From Lama glama (taxonomy: Eukaryota), in assembly GCA_028534125.1 (NCBI GenBank), contig CM052827.1:39866001-39930000 (forward strand): 64,000 nt of DNA, read 5' to 3'. The notes beneath the pieces were generated by a model. That model searched no databases. It saw nothing but the letters and a program-made list of their open reading frames with translations, and had not been told where the DNA came from. A program made the position numbers and the translations under genes. Below, in pieces: positions 1 through 11,200 of the stretch. Position 1 is the stretch's first letter. Each line of letters opens with the position of its first letter.

Positions 1-1100
1 TCTCTCTTTCTTTGAATATATTCTACACTCCAGATTACTCCCTCTTTGAAGCTCCTAATTGGCTTTTTCCTGATTTTCCTCTGGCCTCTTGGTCACACTC
101 TTTCCTGTGCTTCTCTCCCTGTTCCTAAACTCTCCATGTTTCCTAGGGTTCAGTCCCAGGTCCCCTTTTCTTGTCATTCCATACACATTCTCCTTGGATG
201 GTTTTACCCTAACCTATGTCTTCAAAGACTTCCTATAAATAGATGAGTTCAAAATCTCTATCTTCAGTCAGTCTCTCTCCTGAGACCCAAACCAGTCTTT
301 CCAAATGTCCACTCTAGGTCCCTTGGAATCAGAAATTCCTCAGAAGAGTCTGAGAGTCTGAGCTCATTGTCCACTGCCTACAACCCGACACCCCTGCCTC
401 CCCACCACAGAGCAGCTCCTCCTCCTGGATCCCCTCCCTGATACATAGCACCTCCTTCCACCCTGTCACCCACACAGTAACCTGAGAGCCACCCTCAATA
501 CTCCCTCATCCTTATCCCCTACCTGCAATCAGCTAATCAGCCTTACCAGTCTCTGTATATTTCTCAAGTCAGTCCCCTCCCTGTGGCTTATAAAACCATT
601 ATTGTCTGGGCCTCATCATTTCTGTTGATTACTACAGTAATCCCCCAATTATGGTCTCCATGCCACTATCTCTGCCCCTAACTAATCCATCCCCCTTACT
701 ACAGAGAAGAGTGATCTTTCTAAAATGCAACTTCCAACTCAGTACTCTTTCCTCAAATACCCCTAAAATGCTGAGTCATCAGGATAAAACCATTCCCCTT
801 CCCAGGACTTAAAAGTCCTCCCCAACTTGCTCCAAATGCCTCTCCAACCCTTTCCACACTCCGCCAGCCCAGCCATCCTGTGCTCTCATCTCTGGCCTTT
901 GCATATGGTGAATTCTCAACCTCCAGTACCTTTTTCTCAAAGCTGTCCCCATATGCACCACCATTTCTCTTTGCTTGCCAGCCCCTAGTACTTCCCCTTC
1001 ACCTCTGCTCTAGTGTACTGGGCCTATGAGACCTTCCTGTGCCCCTCCCTCTCCCAGGTTGTGAAGCCTCTTGCTACTGTGGTGCTGCCTTCATCTCAAA
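1..1100 (+). mobile_element. Ancient L2 LINE fragments
   Basis: Pyrimidine-rich decayed L2 ORF2/3' sequence (e.g. gatgagttcaaaatctctatc, agagtgatctttctaaaatgcaa). Confidence 0.55.
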
Positions 1101-1502
1101 AGCGAGGGCACTGACACTCTGAAAATGCACTCACCTACCCAGTATCACACACCCAGTACATCCTGGAGCCACAATTCAGACTCAGGTCTATAGCCAAAAT
1201 CTATCCTTGTTCTGCTAGACCAGAGGCTACAAATTGAAGGCCTGTGTCTGTCTGTGGCCTCTAGACATGTACATAAAAATCCAACTTTCTTGCTTCTCCT
1301 GAAAAAATTCTGATGATTGGCAACAGTCAGCTGGGACAAAATAATGGCTCCTCTTTGGACAAGGGATACTTTCCAGTTCATTCCACCTACTTTCTTTCAG
1401 TTTCCTATTCCTGGATATACTTGAGTTTGCAACCTTTGCACCACAGTTTATGCACCCTCCTTTATTCTAGAATAGAATTCCTCCAAAGTATATGCAAGCA
1501 GT

Positions 1503-1655
1503 GGGGGAGGGTATAGAACAGCAGTAGAGTGCCTGCTTGGCATGCAAGAGGTCTTGGGTTCAATCTCCAGTACCTCCATTTAAAAATAAATAAATGAAAT
1601 AATAAACAAACAAACAAACCTAATTACCTCCTCCCAAGAAAACAAAAACAAAAAC
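1503..1655 (+). mobile_element. tRNA-Ala-derived SINE (camelid Vic-1 type)
   Basis: tRNA-Ala body with B box GGTTCAATCTC and A-rich tail; 18-bp TSD ccaaagYatatgYaagca at 1483-1500 and 1656-1673. Confidence 0.85.
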
Positions 1656-4573
1656 CCAAAGCATATGTAAGCAAAATACAAACTCACATTGGTCCTCACC
1701 TTTCACGAGAGGCAGAGCTGGGCTGAGCCATCCACCTGTGTCAGCACAGGTGAGTGAACTGTCTGGAGCCAGTGGAGACGGTGCTGCCACTCCATCACCC
1801 CAAAGCTTTGTTTCTCCTGCTGCCAGATGGTTTCTCAGCCCAGCAGTTACTGATGTGCTAGGATAGGAGGGCATTCACAATACTGCTGGATAAATAAGGA
1901 AAGTACAACACAAAAATACCAACTGAAAAGGCACCCACTGGAGGACAAAATAGTCAACAAGTGGTAGCAATAAGAAAGGAGGTTGATGAAACTTTAGGGG
2001 ATGAGGGGAGAGCAGGGAACATACATTTAGAAGAGCTCTTTGGTTTGCAATGAAAATGGGCAAACTAGATTGAGTGTGCATCTACTGCTGGGCAAAGCAT
2101 GGGTTGCCCATAGATCAATTTCTCAGCAGTCTTTTCAGAGGTCACATATAAAGGTCTGTTGTTAAACTGAAGAAAGACGCAGGGACTGGGCCCTGTGATT
2201 CTGCTCTGTTGTCAGGTTGGTTTCACCACCCAGGGGCCCACGGTGCCTCTCCCCACGGAGACACTGCTGGGTTTCAATGCGCTTTTCATTCTCTAGGCTG
2301 CCTGAGCAAACAGCCATCACTGTTTCCATTGTGAGCTCTTCTCCTTCTGGAGCCAAGCCCAAGTTGAGGGAACATGTGCTTGAGACCAACATTTGGCAGC
2401 CTGGGTCCCCACTTGGAGCGACTTTCCGCCTTTGCCTTTTCCCCATCAAGACACGTTCCTGCATTTTGGAGACTAAAAATCACTGCTTAACAAGCTTAAT
2501 TCTAAAACCTGGTTCCCCACCCTGCTAGCTCATTGGGATGAAGGACAAAAAATCCACACCAAAATTCAGCGCCCAGGCTACTAAGACAAGAAATATTTCC
2601 ACCTCTCCCTTGCTACCAACATGACTGAGGCCATACATATCTCAAAGTGTCAGTGGGCTTACCTTCCCGGAGAAAAATTCTCTTTCCATTATCTACCCAA
2701 CTGAGAATTTTTATGAGGAGTCCTATCTCACAGATGAAAAAATTGAGCATCCTAATCCTGGGACCTCATTTTCTAGACTAGGTATCCTGTTAGAAGCCAG
2801 AGATTAAATGCTCTCTCCACGTCCACATAGGAAGTAGTGGCAGGATTGGTACTAGAACATAATTACTTTAATATCCAGACCAAAGTTTATTCTGCTATGC
2901 CAAGTAATTAATAAGGACTAGGGTTTTTTTTATATTATTATATTGAGATATAATTACATGCAATAAAAACACAGATCTTAAGTGTAGAGCTTAATAAATT
3001 TTGACAAATTAATCAACACAGAATGTTTCTATCATCCTAGGAAGTTCCCTCGGGCCTTTCCCCACTCAACTCCCTTCTCCCATCTTCCCCCACCAGGCAA
3101 CAACCCCTGTTCTCATTTCTATCCCTTTTGGTTAGTTTTGGGACCCCAGTTTTAAGAAATAAAAATTGAATGCCTGTGACTTTGCCTGCAGCCCTTAAGT
3201 GTCTTTTTGTAGAATTTTTCTCCCCCTTTTGGACCACAAGTACTACTTAAGATTTGTTTTGGATACAGCTGGACATTCTTCCAGAAAGTCAGTCTTAGCC
3301 CCAGTACAGATATATTTAGGTTTAAAGGGATTCACGTTTATAAGATATGAAGGCCAACTATAATTCTTCAAAATGTGGTATAAAAAGAACTCTTCCTTCT
3401 GGAAAATAAAGTAGCTTTCTCCAAAATATCTGCCTCCTTGGCTCCTTTTGTATCCCTCCATTCCTTCACAGTAGCTGCATTTGTTCCTATGGAAAGAATT
3501 GCTTGAGCCCTTGAAAGTGAGCACATATGCAGTATCTTTCTACTTGGAAGCTGTTCCCCAGTTTCGACAACCTTCTGCTGCAGTGGGACTCCTTTTAACA
3601 GCTCACTGACTTCCCCAACATCATCACAGGAGGATAGTGGCAGCTGAAAACCTCACATTGTCCTAAGCTATTTAACTAGCCAGCAAGGGATCTGGGTTTT
3701 AGAAACTGGAAAACTTTGGCTAAGGCGTGCTCAGAACATCGTCTTCAAGCCAAAAAGTGTTGCCAAGGTCCAGGTGCAGGCAGCTTTCCACCAGCCACAG
3801 ACACGACAAAATCAGATGGGGCCTGCTTCTCTTCCCAGTGGAGCACTGGCGGCCAGCACGGGTCATTTTCTCCACATCAGTTTGTCTCCCCAGACAGTGA
3901 GCTAATGCTTGGCACTGAGAAACTCCATAAAAAAGGCAGTTAACTCCATGCTTTGAGGCAGAAATGACTACATGGAATAAATGCACAAAATTATTTAAAT
4001 CAAGCCAGGCTTTAGAAATTCTAAAGAAAAAGAGAATAAAAATTATGCACACATAGTTTTAACATAGAGCCCACTATGAACACAGAATGAAGAAGAAGCA
4101 CTGCTGAAAGAGCCAAATTCCAGAAAACATTCTGTTAGTAAAGAGAGAACTGTGTGGAATTATAAGCAGAGCTGCCTAAAGCATGCTGAGTCCCTCTTCC
4201 CTATACAACGTCACTTCTAGTATGTTGTGGTGTTCCTACAGTTTAAAACTATTTAAGACTTTTCCCACTTTTTTCTCTTTCCTAAAATTTATTTTAAAAA
4301 ATAGGTATATATTAACATGGTTCAAAATTTTAAAAAATAAAATACAAAGGGTATTCAGTGAAAAGTCTCCCTTCCACTCCCAGGCCCCAGCCATTCCCTT
4401 TCCTTCCCCATAGGCCCTGGTTAGTGGTTTCCTGTGTATCTATTGAGAGACAGTTTAGCAAAACATAGGTCCTTTGTTTCAACTTTCTTTTTAATAGAAA
4501 TAGAAAGTTATGCTGTCCTGCATTTTCCTTTTTTTTTCTTTTTGCACTCATTGTATTAAGAAACAGAACTTTG

Positions 4574-4686
4574 GGGGAGAGGGTATATATAGCTCAGTGG
4601 TACAGTGCATGCTTAGCATGTACAAGGTCTTGAGTTCAATCCCCAGTACCTCCATTTAAAAAAATTAAAGTAAGTTAATTTAAAAA
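4574..4686 (+). mobile_element. tRNA-Ala-derived SINE (Vic-1 type)
   Basis: TAGCTCAGTGG A box, loop TTAGCAT, 3' CCCCAGTACCTCCA; 16-bp TSD aagaaacagaaYtttg at 4558-4573 and 4687-4702. Confidence 0.88.
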
Positions 4687-5109
4687 AAGAAACAGAATTT
4701 TGAAGACATATTTCAACAAAGAAAAATTATATTTTTACCCTTTGACCCAGCAAATCTCACCTCTAAGAATCTATCCAAAAGATACACTGGCAGAAATACA
4801 AAATACTCAATGTAGGTTATTCACAAAGCATTCAAAAGATAATGAAATGTCCACCAACAACTAATAAAAATGGTTACTGCTGAGGGCGGGAAGAAACAGA
4901 GGGGAGGGGATAAGGTTGGAAGACTTCTCTGAATGTATCTTTTTTTTTTTTAACTTGTTTTAACTTGGGAATCACATAAATAGTTTACATAATTTTTTAA
5001 AAAGCCTCCCTAAAAATTGAAAGCAAAATAAGACAAAATTAACTGTGTATAGATTTGGAGCAATAACTAGAGAGGAACTATTTCAAATCACTTTAGAACA
5101 TGATCCCTG

Positions 5110-5940
5110 GATCAGGGTTTGTCAGCCTCAGCACTATTGATATTTTTGGCTGGTTAATTTTTTGTTGTGGGAGGACAATTTTTTGTTGTCCTGTGTATCC
5201 TTGGGTGTTAGCACCCGAGGCTCAGGTGAGCTTCCCTGATTGGCAACACTTTGCATGTACTGTCACACATCACACACCCCTGCCAGGGGAATTAAGTGCT
5301 GTGTGTGTGACTCCCCTGGGAGAGCCTCTAAAATGTAGGAGGAGGGGGCATGCCATGCCAGGAGGAGCCATATGGGGAAGCACCAGGGTGGAACAGGAGG
5401 CAGAGGGAGCTAGGATGAAATGTGGGCAAGAGCCCTTATTGCGAAGGGAAAGGGAGGGGCCAGGTAGGGGAGCAGGTTTGGGACTGGCTAGTTTGACGAA
5501 TTTCAGAGGACTCTGAGGCACAGTGACTGTCCCTATTTTTTAGGTGACTAGGGCAGGTGGGTAGTGGCCTGGAATGTGAGAACCCCAGAAAAGGGGTGTT
5601 TGGGGTATGGGCTCTGGATTGGTTGGTTTTCATATAAAAAGTGCACTCATGGATGAGTCTTTAACTATCTCTAGAAACTGGCTAGCCCTGGGAGGGATAG
5701 TTTCTCCAGGGTCAGTAAGGCTAAGATGTCAAAGCATCAGAAACACATGATTAGCACAGAGAGGACAACCAGAAACTACTGCTGGCTTTCTCCTAGACTT
5801 TGTCTATGCTGCTTTCCCTTTGCTGACTTCAATCCTTTCATTGTAATAAATGGTAACTATGAGTAAAACAGCTTTTTAAGTTCTGAGAGTCTGTCTAGTG
5901 AATAGTCAAAACTGGGGTGGTGCTGGAGACCCTCAACACA
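5110..5940. mobile_element. Nested repeats: MER20 fragment, then a MER21-like LTR interrupted at about 5333-5755 by a second LTR, all within an old L1M
   Basis: MER20 start cagggtttgtcagcctcagcactattga; MER21-like gctcaggtgagcttccctgattggcaac resuming at gagaggacaaccagaaact and ending caacaca. Confidence 0.55.
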
Positions 5941-6779
5941 GCTGTATTATGTGAAAGGGTGATGGGGAACTTCATAATGGGATAGATTAGGCTGATACCA
6001 CTGAACCCACTGATCAATCACTAAAAGTGGGACAACCAGATGTTATGTTCCCTTAGATGTGATGCAGCAGAAGTGTGCAGAATCACCTGCAAATGAGCTG
6101 AACCGGAAACTAATCAAGCATGTAAGTGCAAATTTACAGGAAATATGTGGGACAGAGGAACTTGTTATCAACACTGGAGGAAATAAGCAGCCAAATCCTG
6201 GGTGGAGGAGAGGCTACAGGACAAAGGACCCATTTGTTAAACACATGAAAAAGAGAGTGAACTGTTACAGATTTAGCCAGGTAAAAGATACCTCAATCAA
6301 ATGCACTGTGTGGACTTTGGATACCAATTTGAAAAAATGAACAGTCAAAAGACATTTATGAGACAACAGGGGAAACCGAATGCAGACTGCATAATAGATA
6401 TTAAGGAATCATTGTTAATTTTTTGAGTGAAATATGATGGTTAGGATTCAATTTAAAATGCTCCAAGAGAAAAAAATTGGAGAGGAAGGGGCAATAGATC
6501 AGATAACAGCAGCAGAAAGCTGTGGCTGTTAATCTTCTGTAGATAAAAGCTTCTGCCAGTCAAGGTATCCTAAATGCTACCATATCACAGGATTTGGAGT
6601 CAGGCAAAAGGATCTCTCTGATTAAAGTAGCATATGGGAGAGCCTAACTTTCGGGTAGTGATATTTCTGTCTTTCTTTCCTGCTGTCTAACAGAATTTCT
6701 TACAGAAAAAAATTCAAGGACAACTTGTTATGAAAAGCTTATGCATTACTTCTGTAATTAAAAAAAATTGAGAACATAT

Positions 6780-7060
6780 GTTTACACACAAACTTAGAAT
6801 AGGCAAATCCATAGAGACATAAGGTAGATGACTGCTTGCTCTGGGGTTAGGGGGTTGAGGGGAAATGGGGAGTGACTGCTAATGGGTACTATACTATGTC
6901 AAAGAGCGCTCCCGACCAAATTTAGAACAAAAATGTCCTAAAATTGAGGTGGTGTTTTTGCTCATCTTTGTGGATATATTAAAAACCACTAAATTGTATA
7001 CTTTAAACGGGTGAATTTTATGGTATGAGAATTATATCTCAATAAAGCTGTTATTAAAAA
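6780..7060 (+). mobile_element. L1M 3' end
   Basis: Consensus tail taggcaaatccatagagac...gaattatatctcaataaagctgtt. Confidence 0.8.
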
Positions 7061-7239
7061 ATATTTAAAGCTATAAAAAATGCTGAGGAACCTACAAGGA
7101 TCTTGAATAATCCCAATTTAGAGAGCTTCCATTTTCAGTTAATAAATTAGGAAGTAAAGAGGTTGATAGTTAAATATTAGAGGTTAGTGAAAACAGGATT
7201 GGTTGCTAGGTTTGTTGCTGAGTTGCTTTAGGGACTTTT

Positions 7240-7686
7240 GGCCTTTTAGACAGAACTCTTTCCATTGAAAATCATAGAAAACGGTGTCAAATGGGCTTAC
7301 TCAGAACAACAGGAATTTATCTCACATAACTGAAGTCCAGAGTAGGCATTAGCTTCCGGCATCCAGACAAGGTCATGAGAGCTTTGATTTCTCTTGGCTG
7401 TTTCCTTCTTCACTGCTTTCATTCACAAGCTGGCTGTCTCTCTGCAGCAGGCAAAGGCAGCCACTGGCAGCTCCGAGACTGCATGGCGCTTATAGCTCCT
7501 GACACAAGAGGAGAGAGAATCTTACCTGAAAGCTCTGGCAACAGTTCCAGGACTGTTCAGGTCTGGCTCACATTCCTGGAGCCAAGGAATAAGGTTCACT
7601 TCTACCAATTCACATGGATAGAGCAGGAAAGGGTGGCTCTCTGAAGAGAGAAAGGCTGGGTGGACAAAACACATGTCCAGTATGAC
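7240..7686 (-). mobile_element. Old MaLR (MLT1) LTR
   Basis: atttatctcacataactgaagtccagagtagg and related MLT1 minus-strand signatures. Confidence 0.55.
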
Positions 7687-8097
7687 AGGTGAAGAGCCAA
7701 AACTTGCAGACTCAAACTTCTCAGCCTAATCAATACGTGCTGACTCAATGCAGGAACATACAGAATGGCACCGCTGCAGGGTACTTTTAGAGCATCCCAT
7801 TCCAGATTCTTGTTCCATATTTTAGAGAAGCCCTAAAACGCAGGACACATTCGAAGGTCATTAGTGAGAAGCTATTTTAGCAGAGAGCCACTTCAATCAA
7901 GTATAGATTGTTCTATGTTCCAGAATTCCATCTATCTGACACAGAAGAGATACATCGCTCTGGTAGATGGAAGACTTCTTCCCCTGATTAGCCACAAGGA
8001 AAGTTAAGGCTTGTCCAGCATAAAAGAGTAAGGTGGTCGAGTATGAAAGAATGGAAAATACCGGGCTGCCAGTAAGCTTTTTGTGAACTTTCTCTTC

Positions 8098-8230
8098 TCA
8101 TTTAAACTGATGATAATCTGCCGGATTTCTGATCCAAGATCCAAACGCCTGCTTCCGGAGTATGCTCCAGGCTTCCTGGTAAGCGGATGCAGCCTCCTTG
8201 TACTCTTGGTATGTCTCGAGCCTCTGCACC
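8098..8230 (-). CDS. ADAT1: ADAT1 last coding exon ([14 protein letters not shown]...DYHQFK*)
   Basis: 133 nt, TAG acceptor, TGA stop at 8100-8098. Confidence 0.95.
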
Positions 8231-11200
8231 CTAATACACACACACCACCAAGCACACAAGGTTCTTACTGGACAGCTTACCACCAGGGCCAACAAGACAC
8301 CGAGGCAATCAGCTGGCCAGATTTATTACAAGAGACTTAGGAACAGGAGGGTTTTGTTATGCTTTCCTAGAATGACTCTCATCTCCTTTGTAGGGAATTC
8401 ACTAGAAAGCAATATGAATTAAAACAGGTAAGAATAAACAGAATGCTAGCTTTGTTTGATCCTGGTAAAATCAGATAAAACAAGAACAACTCTGTCTTCT
8501 TCTTTTCGGTTTAAAGTTTTCTAAACATCTATAATTTCCAACATTAGGATCTAGCCATTAGAAATTTCTTGGTTGCATTTTCCCAAAGCACTTTCTGTCT
8601 TATCCATATTCTCCTCCTGGTACTGCCAGCCAGCACTCCTTCCCACACCCCGTGGCTGTCTCTGACTGCTGAAGAATGGCTGGTGTGCTGAGTACTATCT
8701 GTAATACTCATACCCAGTTCTAAGATTTGCTTGTGACAAAGATTCTTTCGAACAAACTTGAGTCAGGCTCCTCTGAGCCCTCTTCCTGACCCAGCTCTGA
8801 CCCTGAGCTCTGTCTTTGCCATCTTATAGTTGAAGAGACTGACTCACGTCTCATTGATTCCGGTTTTATCCTGCTTCTACTCTTTCCTTTTTTGCCAAGA
8901 TCTGAGGAGACCCAAGTTGTTTCTTCACTCACTTCAGCACAGAGCAAAGCTGCTAATTGTAGCAAACACTGATGTTAGCTGTTAGATCAATTTCCCACAG
9001 CTTTCTGTTGGTTAATGGATGGGAGCTACACACATGACAATGTTAAATTTTACCTGAGTCCTCAGTTCCTAAAAAAAGCTATGGTTATGAAACCTTCCTC
9101 CCACCCTTCTATGTTCTGGCAAATGGCTGACTGCAAAGAGCTGCCCTTCCTCCTGACTTAGATAGACTTACAAACGCCCCTGGGTTTACCTGCGACAACC
9201 ACCCTTCCCCATGACTTTGACTCACGGATGCCTCCTGGTTTACCTGTGACAAAGTCAGACACAGACCTTCCAAATGCCCAGTTTTTGTCTCATAACGATT
9301 AGCTGAACTGTTTGTACCCACTGACAAAATCTTGACAAATTATCTGCTAATTTGACCAAGTTTTAATTATGCTTCTCTCCTTCCCCTACACCCTTGAACT
9401 TTGAGCCACTCTTGGCCTGAGCCAGCATCAGCATGTGTAACAACCCTTCTTAACAACCCCTCCTGAGAACCGACATTTCCTGTTCAACTGTCTCATCACA
9501 CCACCTGCTCATCCCATTCCCTGTTCTCAGTTCTGCCTAACCTTGCTTACCTCTCTGTATAAAAGAAAACTCTTTTGCATCTACTGTTCGAGGGGCTTAT
9601 AGATCTTAGGATTGCAGTGCTCTTGCTATTGCATCAGTCCTCCTCCTCCTATTGTAACAGGCCCCTTCTCATACTGCAATAATCCTTTCGAAGTCCTAAG
9701 TCCAGATATGTTTTAAACACACAGAATATACGGAAACCCACCCAGTTCCAGTCTGACTCATTTTTCCAGACAAGAAACAAGCAAACTGACCATGGATGAC
9801 TGGAGGGCATCAATACTGACTGCAAGATGCATGCTGGTGATAACAGCTGGCTAGCCTCTTCAGACAGAAGTGCTGAGCTACTCATTCGTCTCCCCACTGT
9901 CATATAAGAAAGAAGCTGGCTGGCATTTGTTGCCAGTTCCTGGACAGGAACCTCAAATTCTTAGAATTTCCCAAGTGATAAATGTCTTTGTTATTCATGA
10001 TGAACCCCTCAGATCACACCAAGTTTAAGCTTAATGAGGTGACTCATGGTGGGTCCTAGACAGTTTCAGGGTAGACTAGCCATGCCAGAAAGCCGAACCA
10101 TGAGATCAGAGAGTTTGGGGTGGGGAAAGCGGAAGGTGGAAATTGAGCTCAATCACATCATGTGGCCAACGATTCTATCAGTCATGCTCATGGATGAAAC
10201 CCCAATAAAAGCTCTGGACACTAAAGTTCTGGTCAGCTTCCTGGTTGGTGACAGACAGAGATGTGCTGGGAGGGTGATGTATCCTGAGGACTACGAAATG
10301 TCAGGTTTGGAACTCTCTCAGACCACACCCTGTGTGTCCCTTCTTTTAGCTGGTCCTGATTTGTATCCTTTAAAATAGAAGGTAATTATAAGGATGGTGC
10401 TTTCCTGAATTCTGTGAGTTGTTCTAGCAAATTATTGAACCGGAGCAGGGAGTAGGAACCTCCGAGTTTGTAGTCAGTTGGTTGGAACTGTGAGTGGCTT
10501 GGGGCACCCCCAGCTTGTGGCTGGTGTCTGAAGTGAGGTCAGTTTGTGGGGACTGTGTCCTTATCCTGTGAGGGTAACTAACACCCCAGGGTTAGTGTCT
10601 GAACTACCCCCCAACCCCGAAGTGGCTCTATAGCCCTCTACATTCCTGTGTGGAAAGTAATTTAAGTCATGGAACTGCAATTCCAAATCACTGATGTGAA
10701 CAATGGAAAAAGAGAAGAGAATGACATTCCTAAAAGAATACATTGCTTCCCAAGCACTCACATTTCCACAACGCTCTCCATTGGGAGGTGGAATAAAAGG
10801 AGGGCCTGGAATGGGCCAGACTCAATCCCACCCTTAGGCTCCTGTGACTCTGTACCACCAAACTACCCACTTTTCACACCTGAGATCATACTTGTACCTA
10901 AAGGTGGGGCTGCAGGGATTGAAGAGTATGTGGTCAGTAGGAAGTACCCACTGGCCTACTGAACCACCACTCCTGCCAAAGCCTTCTACCACACAAAAGC
11001 CAGGATTAAACCAGAAGTCTTCCTAAACATAAAAAGACATAGGTCAATGGTATCACCTGAGGGAGTCTGGCCACTTGTCCTCTGAAATACTGCTCAGCAG
11101 CTTCTGGAATGATCTAAAGAGTTCTATTTTGCTGATTCGGGATCTGTTTAGAGAAAGAAGACCAAGAGGATTTATTAAATGTTTAGTATGTACGAGCCTT

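Noticed and set aside
2162-2528. Overlapping ORFs and a possible in-frame alternative last ADAT1 exon at acceptor 2472
   Set aside because: Weak polypyrimidine tract with a competing AG, no recognisable protein similarity, and it would remove the conserved C-terminus.
4574-4686. Calling the tRNA-Ala-like sequences true tRNA genes
   Set aside because: A-rich tails, TSDs, CpG decay and broken stems show they are retroposed SINEs.
8720-8965. 81-aa ORF in the last ADAT1 intron
   Set aside because: No recognisable homology or consistent splice signals.
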